A stretch of DNA of 64,000 bases from Alphaproteobacteria bacterium (GTDB lineage: Bacteria > Pseudomonadota > Alphaproteobacteria > UBA2966), in assembly GCA_964291395.2 (NCBI GenBank), contig OZ219858.1, positions 448,001-512,000 of the forward strand, in the 5' to 3' direction. Below are positions 39,980 to 50,690 of this stretch, one piece after another (the stretch's first letter is position 1; the number at the start of each line of letters is the position of its first letter). Both the position numbers and the translations under genes were made by a program. The notes under the pieces were generated by a model. That model made no database searches. It worked only from the letters and a program-made list of their open reading frames with translations, and was not told the DNA's origin.

Positions 39980-40747
39980 ATGTTGTCCCCCAAAGAAGTC
40001 GCGCGGTACCACGAAACCGGCCAGGTCACGCCGGTGCGCAGGCTCGGCGAAGATGTCGTGGCAGCCATCAGGGAAAAGATGGAGGCGCTTTTTGAAGCAA
40101 GGCCCGACCTCGATCAGGACTATGCCCCCAACCTGATCGAAATGGATCGTGGCTGGCTCGACTACGCGGCCTATCCCGACGTCCTGGATGCCGCGGCCGA
40201 ACTCATCGGTGACAACATCATCGTCACGGGCTCGTCGTTCTTCTGCAAAAAGGGGACCGGTGGCAAGGCAACACCCTGGCATCAGGATGCTTACTACTGG
40301 CCCATGCGGCCCCTGGAGGCGTGTACGGTCTGGATCGCCATCGACCCTTCGACGCCGGAGAACGGCTGCTTGAGGATCATTCCCGGATCCCACAAGGAAC
40401 GGAGACTGTTCTCACACCTATCCGGCATCAGCGACGAGAACGTCGGGTTGGAGCAAGAGCTTTCTGCCGAAGATATGCCCGACACCGAACCGGTGGATGT
40501 CATCCTCGAGCCGGGCATGATGTCGTTCCACCACCCCTATGTCGTGCATGGCGCCGAGCCGAACAATTCCGGAGTCCGCCGCGGGGGGCTGACCTTCCGC
40601 TATATGCCGACGAGCTCGTACTACGACCGGGAGATCGAAGCACGGCAAGGGCGCCAGGGAGTAGCTTTCAATGCAGACCGCCAGCTTCACCTGGTCCGCG
40701 GCATCGACGTCTGCGGCAGGAACGACATCTACCGGCCGGTGGCATGA
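39980..40747 (+). CDS. Phytanoyl-CoA dioxygenase (PhyH) family Fe(II)/2-oxoglutarate oxygenase
   Basis: TPWHQDAYYWP, VWIAID, ENGCLRIIPGSH, VHGAEPN..RR. Confidence 0.9.
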   Translation: MLSPKEVARYHETGQVTPVRRLGEDVVAAIREKMEALFEARPDLDQDYAPNLIEMDRGWLDYAAYPDVLDAAAELIGDNIIVTGSSFFCKKGTGGKATPWHQDAYYWPMRPLEACTVWIAIDPSTPENGCLRIIPGSHKERRLFSHLSGISDENVGLEQELSAEDMPDTEPVDVILEPGMMSFHHPYVVHGAEPNNSGVRRGGLTFRYMPTSSYYDREIEARQGRQGVAFNADRQLHLVRGIDVCGRNDIYRPVA

Positions 40748-41018
40748 CCGCCTGCGGCTACATCCTGACGAACCGACGCGGCTGAGATCGCGTCCGGTTG
40801 GAGGGGGACAGCGGACATCCAGTCCGACTCAGGCACACGAATGCGCTCATCACGGCGCAGCGGCCAGCGAGGGCGGAGCGGCCGGGCCCGACGCAAGCAG
40901 CTCACGCGGCACGGTCCGCTCGGCGGGGGAAAGATGTTTCAATAGGGTAGCTTCGAGCGGCCGCCGGGCGTCCTGGGCGCCCGAGGGCCGGTCCCGTAAC
41001 CCACCGTCGAGGTGCAGA

Positions 41019-42172
41019 ATGCCTGAAGATCGCCGACGCGCCCGCCGAATACGGGATGGCGCGGTGACCGTTTCGTTCTTGCTGGGCACGACTTTCGGCG
41101 GTCTCGCGGACGCCTCCGAGCCGCGCGAGTACCGCTCCGAGAAGCATTCCTTCCGTCTCGTCCCGGTCGGCGGCCCCTTCGACCAGGCATGGGGCATGAC
41201 CTTCCTCCCCGACGGGCGCATGCTCGTGACCGAACTGGACGGCAACCTCCGTATTCTGCAGCCGGGCGAGAGGCCGTCGGAACCGCTTCCGGGGCTGCCG
41301 CGGATCGAGTCCTACGGCCAGGGCGGGTTGATGGATGTCGTCCTCGATCCCGGCTTCGCGACCAACCGGCGGCTCTATCTGAGCCACGTCTGGGACGCCG
41401 CGGGCGGCAAGACGACGGCGATCGGCACGGCACGGCTGGACGACGATCGGCTTGGCGGGTTCAGGATCATCTTCATCGGCCGCGCGGGAGGCGGCTCGGG
41501 CCGGCATTTCGGCTCGCGGCTGCGATTCTCTGCGGACGGCAAGCTGTTCGTCACCATCGGCGACCGCGGCCACCGGCCGAACGCCCAGGATCTCGGCACC
41601 CATGCCGGAGCCATCCTCAGACTCGATCCCGACGGCGGCGCCCCGGCCGACAACCCCTTTGCCGGCCGCGCCGGGGCGCTACCGGAAATCTGGTCCTACG
41701 GCCACCGCAACCCGCAGGGGCTCGCCTTCGATCCCGCCACCGGCCAGCTGTGGTCGCAGGAGCACGGCCCGCGCGGGGGAGACGAGGTCAACCTGATCGA
41801 GCGCGGACGGAACTACGGATGGCCGGCGATCACCCATGGCCGCAACTACGACGGCACCAGCATAACGAACGAAACCGCGCGCCCGGCATGGAGCAGCCCA
41901 AGACCTACTGGGTGCCCTCCATCGCCCCTTCGGGGCTGACCGTCTATCGCGGCGACAAGTTTCCTCTGTGGGACGGCAACCTCTTCGTCGGCGCGCTGCG
42001 CGCGCAACTCCTCGTGAGGCTGGAGATCGACGGTCGAAGAGTGGTCCACGAGGAGCGCCTGCTCACCGATTTCGGCAACCGGATACGGGACGTGCGCACC
42101 GGCCCGGACGGGCTGATCTACCTGCTACTGGACGAGCACAACGCCGCCGTCTGGCGTTTGGAACCGCTCTAG
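41019..42172 (+). pseudogene. PQQ-dependent sugar (aldose/sorbosone) dehydrogenase, frameshifted near 41882
   Basis: GQGGLMDV, HFGSRL, WSYGHRNPQG, EHGPRGGDEVN in one frame; PGMEQPKTYWVPSIAPSG...RIRDVRTGPDG in another; one C missing in CGCCCGGCATG. Confidence 0.85.
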
Positions 42173-42182
42173 GCTTCGAAGC

Positions 42183-42258
42183 CGTCGCAACCGCTCTCGA
42201 AGCTCTGGGACTCGGGGAGACCGCTGCGGCGAAAGCCGAGGCCCCCTGACCAGCGCCG
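42183..42258 (+). repeat. dxs 3'-end direct repeat, copy 2
   Basis: Encodes [21 protein letters not shown] versus dxs [21 protein letters not shown]. Confidence 0.93.
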
Positions 42259-42286
42259 CAAGATATCTCGGAGTGCCAGGAAAATA

Positions 42287-42362
42287 TGGTGCTGCAGAGA
42301 GGACTCGAACCTCCGACCTGCTGATTACGAATCAGCTGCTCTGCCATCTGAGCTACTGCAGC
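42287..42362 (-). tRNA. tRNA-Thr(CGT)
   Basis: GCTGCAG acceptor, GCTGA-TTCGTAA-TCAGC anticodon arm, GGTTCGAGTCC, CCA; 76 nt. Confidence 0.96.
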
Positions 42363-42411
42363 ACGGGGGCGGACGTCATGGCGTCGCGTGCCCATCCGGC
42401 AGCCGCGCAAG

Positions 42412-43854
42412 CTACGCCTTGGGCGGAGAGGCGTCAACGATATCCCCGCCCTCCTCCTGAAGCGCGGGCAGCCTGAGCGCCGGATCGGCGGCGGCATCCG
42501 GCAGAGTCCCGGAAAGCCGCGCCAGGGCCGCGGGCGAACCACCGTTTCCGTCAGCCGCGGCCGGGCGCGGCTCCGGCGGCGCACCCCAGGCGAGGGAGTC
42601 AAATCGGCCGCACTGCGCGCAGTGGGGCGACCAGGCGGACGCCGGGGTGCCGCACCCCCGGCACACCCAGGTATCGTCGGGCGGCGCGGACGACATCCTC
42701 TGGAGCCACGCGCCGGCGGACGCGGGACCGTGCTCGCCTTCCTCGACCTGGGCCATGAGACGGCAGAGACGCCGCTCCTCGCGCCCGGCGAGGGCCTTGT
42801 CGAGATGACCGTGCGCCTCGTGCCAGCGGCGCGCGGCGATCAGGACCCCCGCCAGCGCCACGTGCCCCTCCCGATGCCCGGCATTGAGGCGATCGAGCCG
42901 TGCGATCCGCCGTACCCGCCGGGCCGGATCGTCTCCGGGGTGAAGGGCGAGATAGAGGGCGGCCAATTCGGGGTGCGGCGACGTGCGCCAGCTCGCCTCG
43001 ATGACGCGCGCGGCCTTGCCCGTCTCGCCGTCGGCCTGATAGTGGCGCGCCGCGAGGAGCGCCGCGGGGACGAAATCCGGCGACAAGGCATGCGCATCCC
43101 GGGCCAGGACGGCGGCCTTCTCCGCTTCGCCCGCCGCGTCGGCGTCGCGAGCCTGCGCGAACAGGGTCAGCGCCTTGCGCCGGCGGCCCGTCGATTTGTC
43201 GAACACCTTGCGCCGGGAGGCGTCCTCGAGGGTGGCCTGCGCCTCGTGCCACAAGCCCGCCGCCGACTGCAGGTCGAAGAGCAGGTTCTGAACCCAGGGA
43301 GAGGCCGGCCGCAAGGCCTGGGCGCGCCGCGCATGGCGGAGCGCGGCCCGGGTGTCGCCCGAACGCAGGGCTTGCACCAGCAGTCCCCGCACGCCGAGGA
43401 ATTCGGTGTCGGGCGTATCGAGCATGCGCTTGTACAGGCGCGCCGCCTCCAGGGTATTTCCCGCCTGCTGGGCGGCCTGCGCCGACAGCATGAGAGGGAG
43501 CGGCGAGTCACCGAGCAACGCCTGCGCCCGGCGTCCGAGCTTCGAGGCCTCGTCACCCTCGCCCGCCGCCAGAGCCGTCATGCCGCCGAACAACGCGATC
43601 TCGCCCCGGCGCCGGCGGCTGTCCCGGCGCGCCCGGCCGATGGTGCGCGGGCCGCGCCGGAGCCAGATCCAGCCCCGGTAGGCGAGAGCGCCCGCCGCGA
43701 GCAGCACGGCGAAAGCGACGGCGCCCGCGGCGACCGAGGTCTCGATGCGCCAGCCCTGCCAGTCGATGACGATGTCGCCCGGCCGGTCCGCCAGCCACGC
43801 CGCCGCGGAGGCGACCAGCGCCAGACCGACGAACCACCAGAGGACCCGGATCAT
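42412..43854 (-). CDS. hemY: HemY-family membrane/TPR protein
   Basis: WLADRPG..I.WQGWRIETS, FLGVRGL, PDFVPA, PHPELA, C-terminal WVCRGCG..WSPHCAQC. Confidence 0.88.
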   Translation of the reverse strand: MIRVLWWFVGLALVASAAAWLADRPGDIVIDWQGWRIETSVAAGAVAFAVLLAAGALAYRGWIWLRRGPRTIGRARRDSRRRRGEIALFGGMTALAAGEGDEASKLGRRAQALLGDSPLPLMLSAQAAQQAGNTLEAARLYKRMLDTPDTEFLGVRGLLVQALRSGDTRAALRHARRAQALRPASPWVQNLLFDLQSAAGLWHEAQATLEDASRRKVFDKSTGRRRKALTLFAQARDADAAGEAEKAAVLARDAHALSPDFVPAALLAARHYQADGETGKAARVIEASWRTSPHPELAALYLALHPGDDPARRVRRIARLDRLNAGHREGHVALAGVLIAARRWHEAHGHLDKALAGREERRLCRLMAQVEEGEHGPASAGAWLQRMSSAPPDDTWVCRGCGTPASAWSPHCAQCGRFDSLAWGAPPEPRPAAADGNGGSPAALARLSGTLPDAAADPALRLPALQEEGGDIVDASPPKA

Positions 43855-45041
43855 CGCGTGGAAGCGCTTCCGCCCGCGGCATCGCCGATCGCGGCGACGC
43901 GCGACACCGCCTCGACCTGAAGGTCGGCCAGCGCGGCCTCGACCGCGAGTCGGGCATTGGCGAGCTCAAGCCACGGGGCGGCGGCATCCGCCGCCCCGCC
44001 CGTCAATGCGGCGAGTTCCGCCACGGCCGCCGCCAAGTCGCCGGCGACCAGCCGCGCCTCGGCGCGGGCGAGCCGGGCATCGACGCCCGCGCCGGAAACG
44101 TCACCCGTTCGCCGCACGGTGACGACGGCGGCGAGGCGCCGCAGGGTCTCGTCCACCCAGCCGTCGGCCCCGGCCACGCCGGCGCGCAGAATGGCAGAGG
44201 CCTCCGCGCTCAGCTTCCGGCGCAAATCGGTCGGCGTCGCGACGCCGGCGGCGGCATGGTTTTCGAGCTCCCGAAGCGCGCGCGCCACGTCGGGCGGGAT
44301 GCCGCCTTCCGCCGCCAGCAGGGCCTTGACGCTGGAGAGCGGCGCCGAAAACGCCCGGCCGCCGAGGGCGGCGTCGTGCAGCTGGCCGACGGCCAGCGCC
44401 ACCGCGGCGGCACCCGCGACGTGCTCGGGTTGCACGACTTCGAGGAGGCGGGTGCGGCCGGCGAGGCCGTCGATCCGGGACTCCAACGCCGCCAGCGACG
44501 CAGCGAGACGCGCCTCCGCCGTCCGGACGGTGTCGTTCGCGTCGGAAAGCGCCGTCTCCAGGGTTCCGATCCGGTCGGCCAACGATTCCACCCGTTCGCT
44601 CACGTCGGCGTCGCGCACACCCCGGGCCACGGTTTCGATCCGGCGCCGCGCGCCGTCGAGACGGTCCGCCAGCGCGTCCATCTCCTGAACGAGGGTGTCC
44701 ATCTGACCCGCCATCGTCGCCAGGGACGCCTGCTCCAGCGTCAGGCCGTCGAGGGACCGCACGGCGTCGGCGAGGCGGCCTTCCATGGCGTCCACGCGGC
44801 CGGACAGCGCAGCGAGGGCCGCGGCCTGGGGCTCCGGATCGTAAGCGGGAGCGCCGAGCCCGCCGAGCAGCCGCGGCTCGAGATGGGCGGCCACGGCGAA
44901 CGCGCCGGCGATCAGCGCGGCACCGCCCGCCGCCATGGCCGCCCCGGCGAGCCCTCGCCCCGAAGGGGGTGCAGCGGCGGTCGGCTCGTCCGGCGCCCCA
45001 TCAGGCTCGGGCGTGTCTTCGGGCTTCGTCGATTCGGTCAT
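43851..45041 (-). CDS. COG4223 / HemX-like (mitofilin-domain) coiled-coil protein
   Basis: TM anchor, long coiled coil, GVAT..L, VTVRR, ARAEARL..GDLAAAV; lies between hemD and hemY. Confidence 0.8.
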   Translation of the reverse strand: MTESTKPEDTPEPDGAPDEPTAAAPPSGRGLAGAAMAAGGAALIAGAFAVAAHLEPRLLGGLGAPAYDPEPQAAALAALSGRVDAMEGRLADAVRSLDGLTLEQASLATMAGQMDTLVQEMDALADRLDGARRRIETVARGVRDADVSERVESLADRIGTLETALSDANDTVRTAEARLAASLAALESRIDGLAGRTRLLEVVQPEHVAGAAAVALAVGQLHDAALGGRAFSAPLSSVKALLAAEGGIPPDVARALRELENHAAAGVATPTDLRRKLSAEASAILRAGVAGADGWVDETLRRLAAVVTVRRTGDVSGAGVDARLARAEARLVAGDLAAAVAELAALTGGAADAAAPWLELANARLAVEAALADLQVEAVSRVAAIGDAAGGSASTR

Positions 45042-45757
45042 GGGGCAGCCGTTCCGGACAGGAGATTCAGGAGGGACTCCTGCTCCGGCCGTTCGGCGAT
45101 GCCGACGCCGCGCCACTGGAGGGCAGATATCTCACCCGCGACCGCTCGGCTGAGACAATACGCGTTCACCATCTGGCAGGCCTGGGCCAATCCCGCATCG
45201 CGTACCAGCCTAACAAAGGTTTCCGCGGTGCGGGGAGAGAAAAAGACCACCGCGTCGACGTTTCCCGACCGAAGCGCCGCCTCCGCCGCGGCGGGCAGGA
45301 TATCGGCGGCCCGGGCCTCGTAGAGGGCGACGCGGCGGGCGGCGAAACCCGCGCGGGCCAGCGCGCCCGCGAGATCGCCCGCGACCCTGGTGCCCGCCGC
45401 GTGCAACAGCTCGCCGGCTTCCGGGTCCAGCGCGGCCGTGACGGCGGCCGACAGAGCCTCGACGTCGGCGCCCGCGCTGGTCACCCGCGCGAAGCCCAGC
45501 TCAACGGCCGCGCGCGCCGTGGCGTCGCCGACGGCGAAGAGGGCCACGTCGCGGGCTTCCGTCGCCGCCGCGAGCGCCCGGACGCCGTTCGCGCTCGTCG
45601 CCATCACGGCCTGCACGCCCCGGAGATCGAGGGGCCTCGGCCGGCCCTCGAACCTGATCTCCAGGAGCGGTGCCGCGATCACCTCGTGACCGAGTCCGGC
45701 CAGCACCTCCGTCAGCGCCGCGGCGTCCGGGTGGGGCCGGGTGTTGATGACGCGCAC
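45038..45757 (-). CDS. hemD: Uroporphyrinogen-III synthase
   Basis: NTRPHPDA, ATSANGV, AVGDATA, FFSPRTA. Confidence 0.9.
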   Translation of the reverse strand: MRVINTRPHPDAAALTEVLAGLGHEVIAAPLLEIRFEGRPRPLDLRGVQAVMATSANGVRALAAATEARDVALFAVGDATARAAVELGFARVTSAGADVEALSAAVTAALDPEAGELLHAAGTRVAGDLAGALARAGFAARRVALYEARAADILPAAAEAALRSGNVDAVVFFSPRTAETFVRLVRDAGLAQACQMVNAYCLSRAVAGEISALQWRGVGIAERPEQESLLNLLSGTAAP

Positions 45758-45760
45758 GGA

Positions 45761-46708
45761 TCAGCGTCCGGCGAAGAAGTCCGGACCCGCCCGCGACCTG
45801 AGCTCGGCGCCCGCGTCGCGCCCGAGCGCTTCGGCGTCCGCCGGCACCCCGTCGCGGCGGGTCTCGAGCATCTCGCTCCCGTCCGTCCTGAGCACGCGGG
45901 CCGTGAGTTGGAGGCGGTCCCCGACGAGTCGCGCGTGCGCGGCGATGGGCGTGTGACAGGTGCCGCCGAGCGCCGCCAGGACACTCCGCTCGCAGGTGAC
46001 GCAGGTGTGGGTGTCGGGATCGCCGAGGGGCGTCACCAAATCGTGGCCGCGCGTGTCGCCGCTTCGGCATTCCACCCCGACGGCGCCCTGGCCCGCCGCC
46101 GGCAGCATCTCCTCGGGCTCCAGCACGGCCGTGGCGCGCTCGGCGAGCCCGAGGCGGTTGAGGCCCGCCAGCGCCAACAAGGTCGCGGCCACGTCGCCCC
46201 GCTCGACCTTCGCGAGACGCGTGTCGACGTTGCCCCGGAACATGACGATCTCGAGATCCTTGCGGGCATGCTTGAGCTGGGCCCGGCGGCGCTGGGAGGC
46301 GGTGCCCACGACGGCGCCCTCGGGCAGCGCCGCGATGCCGTCGGCGACCGCGCTGACGAACGCGTCGCGGGGATCCTCCCGCGGCAGCATGCAGGGAACC
46401 GAGACACCGTCGGGAAGCACGGTCTCGAGATCCTTCATGGAGTGCACGGCGATGTCGACGTCGCCCGCCAGCAGCGCCTCCTCCACCTCCTTGGCGAACA
46501 GGCCCTTGCCGCCGACCTCGGCGAGCGGCCGGTCGGTCACGCGGTCGCCGGTGGTGCGGATGACGACGAGCTCGACGTCGTCGGCCGTCAGACCGTCGTG
46601 CGCGGCCACCAGTCCGGTCCGGACCTGCCCGGCCTGGGCGAGCGCCAGCCTGCTGCCGCGGGTGCCGATGCGCACCGCGGCGCGCGCGCCCGTGCGTTGC
46701 GCTGCCAT
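45761..46708 (-). CDS. hemC: Hydroxymethylbilane synthase
   Basis: [47 protein letters not shown]. Confidence 0.95.
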   Translation of the reverse strand: MAAQRTGARAAVRIGTRGSRLALAQAGQVRTGLVAAHDGLTADDVELVVIRTTGDRVTDRPLAEVGGKGLFAKEVEEALLAGDVDIAVHSMKDLETVLPDGVSVPCMLPREDPRDAFVSAVADGIAALPEGAVVGTASQRRRAQLKHARKDLEIVMFRGNVDTRLAKVERGDVAATLLALAGLNRLGLAERATAVLEPEEMLPAAGQGAVGVECRSGDTRGHDLVTPLGDPDTHTCVTCERSVLAALGGTCHTPIAAHARLVGDRLQLTARVLRTDGSEMLETRRDGVPADAEALGRDAGAELRSRAGPDFFAGR

Positions 46709-46787
46709 GACCAGGGTGCTAGTGCGTGGCGCGGGAAAGCGCAAGCGGAATCGGGCCGCGGACGCAGCCCTCCATGAGGGGCACGCG

Positions 46788-47873
46788 ATGATCGTGCTGG
46801 GCATCGAGACGAGCTGCGACGAGACCGCGGCAGCCGTGGTGAACGGCGGCCGGGAGATCCTGTCGAACGTCGTTCTGTCGCAACTCGACGAACATCGCGC
46901 CTACGGCGGGGTGGTGCCCGAGATCGCCTCGCGCGCCCATGTCCAGCATCTCGACGGCATCATCGACCGGGCCATGCGCGAGGCCGACACCCGTTACGCG
47001 GACCTGTCGGGCATTGCCGCCACGGCGGGGCCGGGCCTGATCGGGGGCGTCATGGTGGGACTGGTGACCGGCAAGGCCATCGCCGCGTCGACCGGGCGGC
47101 CCCTGGTCGCGGTCAACCATCTCGAAGGGCACGCGCTTTCCGCCCGACTCACCGACGGGATCGAATTCCCCTATCTGCTGCTGCTCGTGTCGGGCGGCCA
47201 CTGCCAGCTCGTCGAGGTCGCCGGCGTCGGCGCCTACCGGCGGCTCGGCACCACGATCGACGATGCCGTCGGCGAGGCGTTCGACAAGACCGCGAAGATG
47301 CTCGGCCTCGGGTACCCGGGCGGACCCGCGGTGGAACGCGCGGCCCGCGAGGGAGACCCCGCGCGATTCGACCTCCCGAGACCGCTGCGCGGCCGGCCCG
47401 GCTGCGACTTCTCGTTCTCGGGACTGAAGACCGCCGTGCGCCACGCCGTCGCCGGCCTGACGGACGGGGTTCCGAGGGCGAAGGATGCCGCCGATCTGGC
47501 CGCGTCGTTCCAGACCGCCGTGGGCGACGTCCTCGCCGACCGCACCGCAAATGCCCTGAAAACGTATGCGGAGCGGCATGCGCACGCACGCCGCCTCGTG
47601 GTCGCGGGCGGTGTCGCGGCGAACGGCTACCTGCGCGGGCGCATGGAAGCGGTGTGCGCCGCAGCGGACTTCTCCATGTCGGCGCCGCCGCCGGAACTGT
47701 GCACCGACAACGCCGCGATGATCGCCTGGGCGGGCCTGGAGCGCCTGCGGTTCGGCCTGACGGATCCGCTCGATGCGCCGGCACGCGCGCGCTGGCCCCT
47801 CGACGAGGTGCGCCCGCCCGCCTGCCGACGGCCGGCGGGTTCCATGAACGCGGAAGGAGAGGACAGTCCATGA
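46788..47873 (+). CDS. tsaD: tRNA threonylcarbamoyltransferase TsaD
   Basis: [53 protein letters not shown]. Confidence 0.96.
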   Translation: MIVLGIETSCDETAAAVVNGGREILSNVVLSQLDEHRAYGGVVPEIASRAHVQHLDGIIDRAMREADTRYADLSGIAATAGPGLIGGVMVGLVTGKAIAASTGRPLVAVNHLEGHALSARLTDGIEFPYLLLLVSGGHCQLVEVAGVGAYRRLGTTIDDAVGEAFDKTAKMLGLGYPGGPAVERAAREGDPARFDLPRPLRGRPGCDFSFSGLKTAVRHAVAGLTDGVPRAKDAADLAASFQTAVGDVLADRTANALKTYAERHAHARRLVVAGGVAANGYLRGRMEAVCAAADFSMSAPPPELCTDNAAMIAWAGLERLRFGLTDPLDAPARARWPLDEVRPPACRRPAGSMNAEGEDSP

Positions 47874-48175
47874 TCGCCGTGATCTTCGAGATAACGCCGA
47901 ACGAGGGCCGGACCCATGACTATTTCGATGCGGCCGCGGCGCTCAAGGACGAGGTCGAGGCCATCGACGGATTCATCTCCGTGGAGCGCTTCGAGAGCCT
48001 GAGCACGCCGGGCAAGTACCTGTCCCTGTCGCTGTGGCGTGACGAGGGGGCCGTGAAGGCCTGGCGCGAGAACGTGAACCACCAGGCGGCTCAGGCAAAG
48101 GGCAAGGGCGGGATCTTCGCGAACTACCGCATCCGTGTCACCGAGGTTCTGCGGCAGTATTCGTTCGGCGCCTGA
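47870..48175 (+). CDS. Antibiotic biosynthesis monooxygenase (ABM) family protein
   Basis: [32 protein letters not shown]...H..AQ.KG. Confidence 0.88.
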   Translation: MIAVIFEITPNEGRTHDYFDAAAALKDEVEAIDGFISVERFESLSTPGKYLSLSLWRDEGAVKAWRENVNHQAAQAKGKGGIFANYRIRVTEVLRQYSFGA

Positions 48176-48308
48176 CCGTCGCACCGGGCTCCGCGCCGAG
48201 GGAACGGGTATCGGACCCGGACGAACGGCAAACGTGGGGTCTGACACCCGTTCCACAACCGCCGTAGAATGTCGTCGGCCACGGGTCACCGGCAGTGAGG
48301 GGGGCGAC

Positions 48309-49313
48309 ATGGCGGCACACTACGGGCGCATCGGAATCGTCGGCGCCGGCGCGTGGGGAACGGCGCTGACGACGGTCGCCCGGAGGCAGGGCCGCGAGGT
48401 CGTCATCTGGGCCCGCGAGGCCGTCGTCGTGGAGGCCATCAACAACGAGCACCGCAACACGATGTTCCTGCCCGAAGCCACCCTGGACCCGCAGGTCCGG
48501 GCGACGGGGGATCCGGCCGAGGTCTGCGACGCCGACGCCGTGCTGCTGGTGGTGCCCGGTCAGTTTCTACGCGGCGTCTGCGAGTCGATGGCACCGGACT
48601 GGCCCGGCAGCGTGCCGGCGGTGATCTGCGCCAAGGGTATCGAGGAAGACACCGGCGCCCTGATGACCGAGGCGGTAGAGGCCGCCTTGCCGGGCGCGCC
48701 CCAGGCGGTCCTGTCCGGTCCCACTTTCGCCGCCGAAGTGGCGAAGGGCCTGCCCACGGCCGTCACCATCGCCTGCGAGGAGGATTCCATCGCCGATGCC
48801 CTGATCGACGCCCTCGGCTCGACGACCTTCCGGACCTACCGCTCGACCGATCTGGTGGGTGCCGAGATCGGGGGCGCCGTGAAGAACGTCCTGGCGATCG
48901 CCTGCGGCATCGTGACGGGGCGCGAATTGGGATCGAATGCCCGCGCCGCCCTGATCACCCGAGGCCTCGCGGAGATGCTGCGCCTCGGCGAGGCCAAGGG
49001 CGCCCGGCGGGAGACCCTCTCCGGTCTCTGCGGCCTCGGCGATCTCGTGCTGACGTGTTCGTCGGAGCAGTCGCGCAACATGAGCCTGGGGGCGGCGCTC
49101 GGCCGGGGCGAGCGTTTCGAGGACATCATGGCGTCCCGGCGTTCGGTTGCGGAGGGGGTGTTCAACGCCCGCGCGGTGGTCAAGCTCGCCCGCGCCCTCT
49201 CCATCGACATGCCGATCTGCGAAGCGGTCAACGCCATCCTCCACGAGGGCGCGGCCATCGAGGACGAAATCCGGAAGCTGCTGTCCCGGCCCCTGGGCGA
49301 GGAGCTGGCCTGA
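48309..49313 (+). CDS. gpsA: NAD(P)H-dependent glycerol-3-phosphate dehydrogenase
   Basis: GAGAWGTAL, CAKGIE, SGPTFA, GGAVKNVLAIACG, GLGDLVLTC..SRN. Confidence 0.96.
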   Translation: MAAHYGRIGIVGAGAWGTALTTVARRQGREVVIWAREAVVVEAINNEHRNTMFLPEATLDPQVRATGDPAEVCDADAVLLVVPGQFLRGVCESMAPDWPGSVPAVICAKGIEEDTGALMTEAVEAALPGAPQAVLSGPTFAAEVAKGLPTAVTIACEEDSIADALIDALGSTTFRTYRSTDLVGAEIGGAVKNVLAIACGIVTGRELGSNARAALITRGLAEMLRLGEAKGARRETLSGLCGLGDLVLTCSSEQSRNMSLGAALGRGERFEDIMASRRSVAEGVFNARAVVKLARALSIDMPICEAVNAILHEGAAIEDEIRKLLSRPLGEELA

Positions 49314-49424
49314 GCGGCACCGCTCGATTGGCGCGGCCGCGGAAGCGCTCTAGATTTGCATCCGGCCCGGGATGCGGGTGCCGGGCGACGGCGAGCCCGC
49401 GGAAGACCGAAGGAGATCCAACAG

Positions 49425-49838
49425 ATGGCATACTGGCTGATGAAATCCGAACCCGGGGAGTGGTCCTGGGACGATCAGGTCAAGGAGAGCCCCGCGGAGT
49501 GGGACGGCGTGCGCAACCACCAGGCGTCCAACAACATGAAAGCCATGAAGATCGGCGACAAGGCCTTCTTCTACCATTCGGGCAAGGACCGGGAGATCGT
49601 CGGAGTCGTCCGGATCGTCAAGGAGTACTACCCGGACCACACGGACCCGACCGGGAAGTTCGGCATGGTGGACGTCGAGGCGGTCGAGCCCCTGAAGACG
49701 CCCGTCAGCATCACCGACATCAAGGCGCGGCCCGAATTCAGCGAGTTCCAGCTGGTGCGCAATTCCCGTCTCTCGGTCATGCCGGTCCAATCCGGTCACT
49801 GGAAGCGCATCTGCAAGATGGGCGGTATCGACCCCTGA
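49425..49838 (+). CDS. EVE domain protein
   Basis: MAYWLMKSEP, WDGVRNHQA, FFYHS, SRLSVMPV. Confidence 0.92.
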   Translation: MAYWLMKSEPGEWSWDDQVKESPAEWDGVRNHQASNNMKAMKIGDKAFFYHSGKDREIVGVVRIVKEYYPDHTDPTGKFGMVDVEAVEPLKTPVSITDIKARPEFSEFQLVRNSRLSVMPVQSGHWKRICKMGGIDP

Positions 49839-49876
49839 GCCGGGACAGCCCGACCAGCGCACCCCCGCCGGGGCAC

Positions 49877-50224
49877 GTGCTCTGCCGCTTCGACGACCTC
49901 GGGGACCGGGACGGCAAGGGATTCAGCTTCGGCGGCGGCCGCGAGCGCTTCGAAATGTTCGTCGTGCGCCGCGACGACCGGGTGTTCGGGTACGTCAACA
50001 TCTGTCCGCACGCGCGGACGCCGCTCGACTGGACGCCGGACCGGTTCCTGACCCGCGACAGGACGAGGCTCCTCTGTGCCACGCACGGGGCCCAATTCCG
50101 CATCGAAGACGGATTCTGCGTGGCCGGACCCTGCCCGGGAGCATCGCTGACACCCGTGCCCGTCGCCATCGAGGACGGCAACGTCATCGTCGCGGGTCCG
50201 ATCGAGGTCCGAGGCACCCCGTGA
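49877..50224 (+). CDS. Rieske 2Fe-2S ferredoxin-like protein
   Basis: NICPH...LCATHGAQF...GPC; start uncertain (GTG 49877 or CTG 49835). Confidence 0.85.
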   Translation: MLCRFDDLGDRDGKGFSFGGGRERFEMFVVRRDDRVFGYVNICPHARTPLDWTPDRFLTRDRTRLLCATHGAQFRIEDGFCVAGPCPGASLTPVPVAIEDGNVIVAGPIEVRGTP

Positions 50225-50318
50225 CCGCCGGAGCCGCGCGGCCGTCCGGTGCGTTTCATTCAAACTCCCCCGTGGCTTATAATTCGTTTCCGGTCGTGAG
50301 AAGACAGGGGCAACCGCC

Positions 50319-50681
50319 ATGCCCGACCTGGAAGCCGTCCGAACGCAGCTCGAGGCGCGCCTCGCCGACCTGTTGGCCGAAGCCAAGGAAATCGACGCGG
50401 AACTCAGCGAGCCCCACAGCCGCGACTGGGAGGAGCGCGCGACGGAGTCGGAGGGTGACGAGGTCCTCGAAGGCCTGGGTCATGCCGCCCTCGCCGAAGC
50501 CCGACGGATCCATGCCGCGCTGACCCGCATCGACGAGGGCACCTACGGTATCTGCGTCTCGTGCGGCGAACCCGTCGGCGAAAAGCGGTTGGAAGCCGTC
50601 CCCCACGCGCCGCTCTGTATCGATTGCGCGAGCCGCCAGAGCGGCTCCGGTTCGACCGGAAGGGCCGGTTCAACGGTTTGA
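50319..50681 (+). CDS. TraR/DksA C4-type zinc finger protein
   Basis: ALTRIDEGTYGICVSCGE...RLEAVP..LCIDC. Confidence 0.9.
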   Translation: MPDLEAVRTQLEARLADLLAEAKEIDAELSEPHSRDWEERATESEGDEVLEGLGHAALAEARRIHAALTRIDEGTYGICVSCGEPVGEKRLEAVPHAPLCIDCASRQSGSGSTGRAGSTV

Positions 50682-50690
50682 CGGGGAGCG

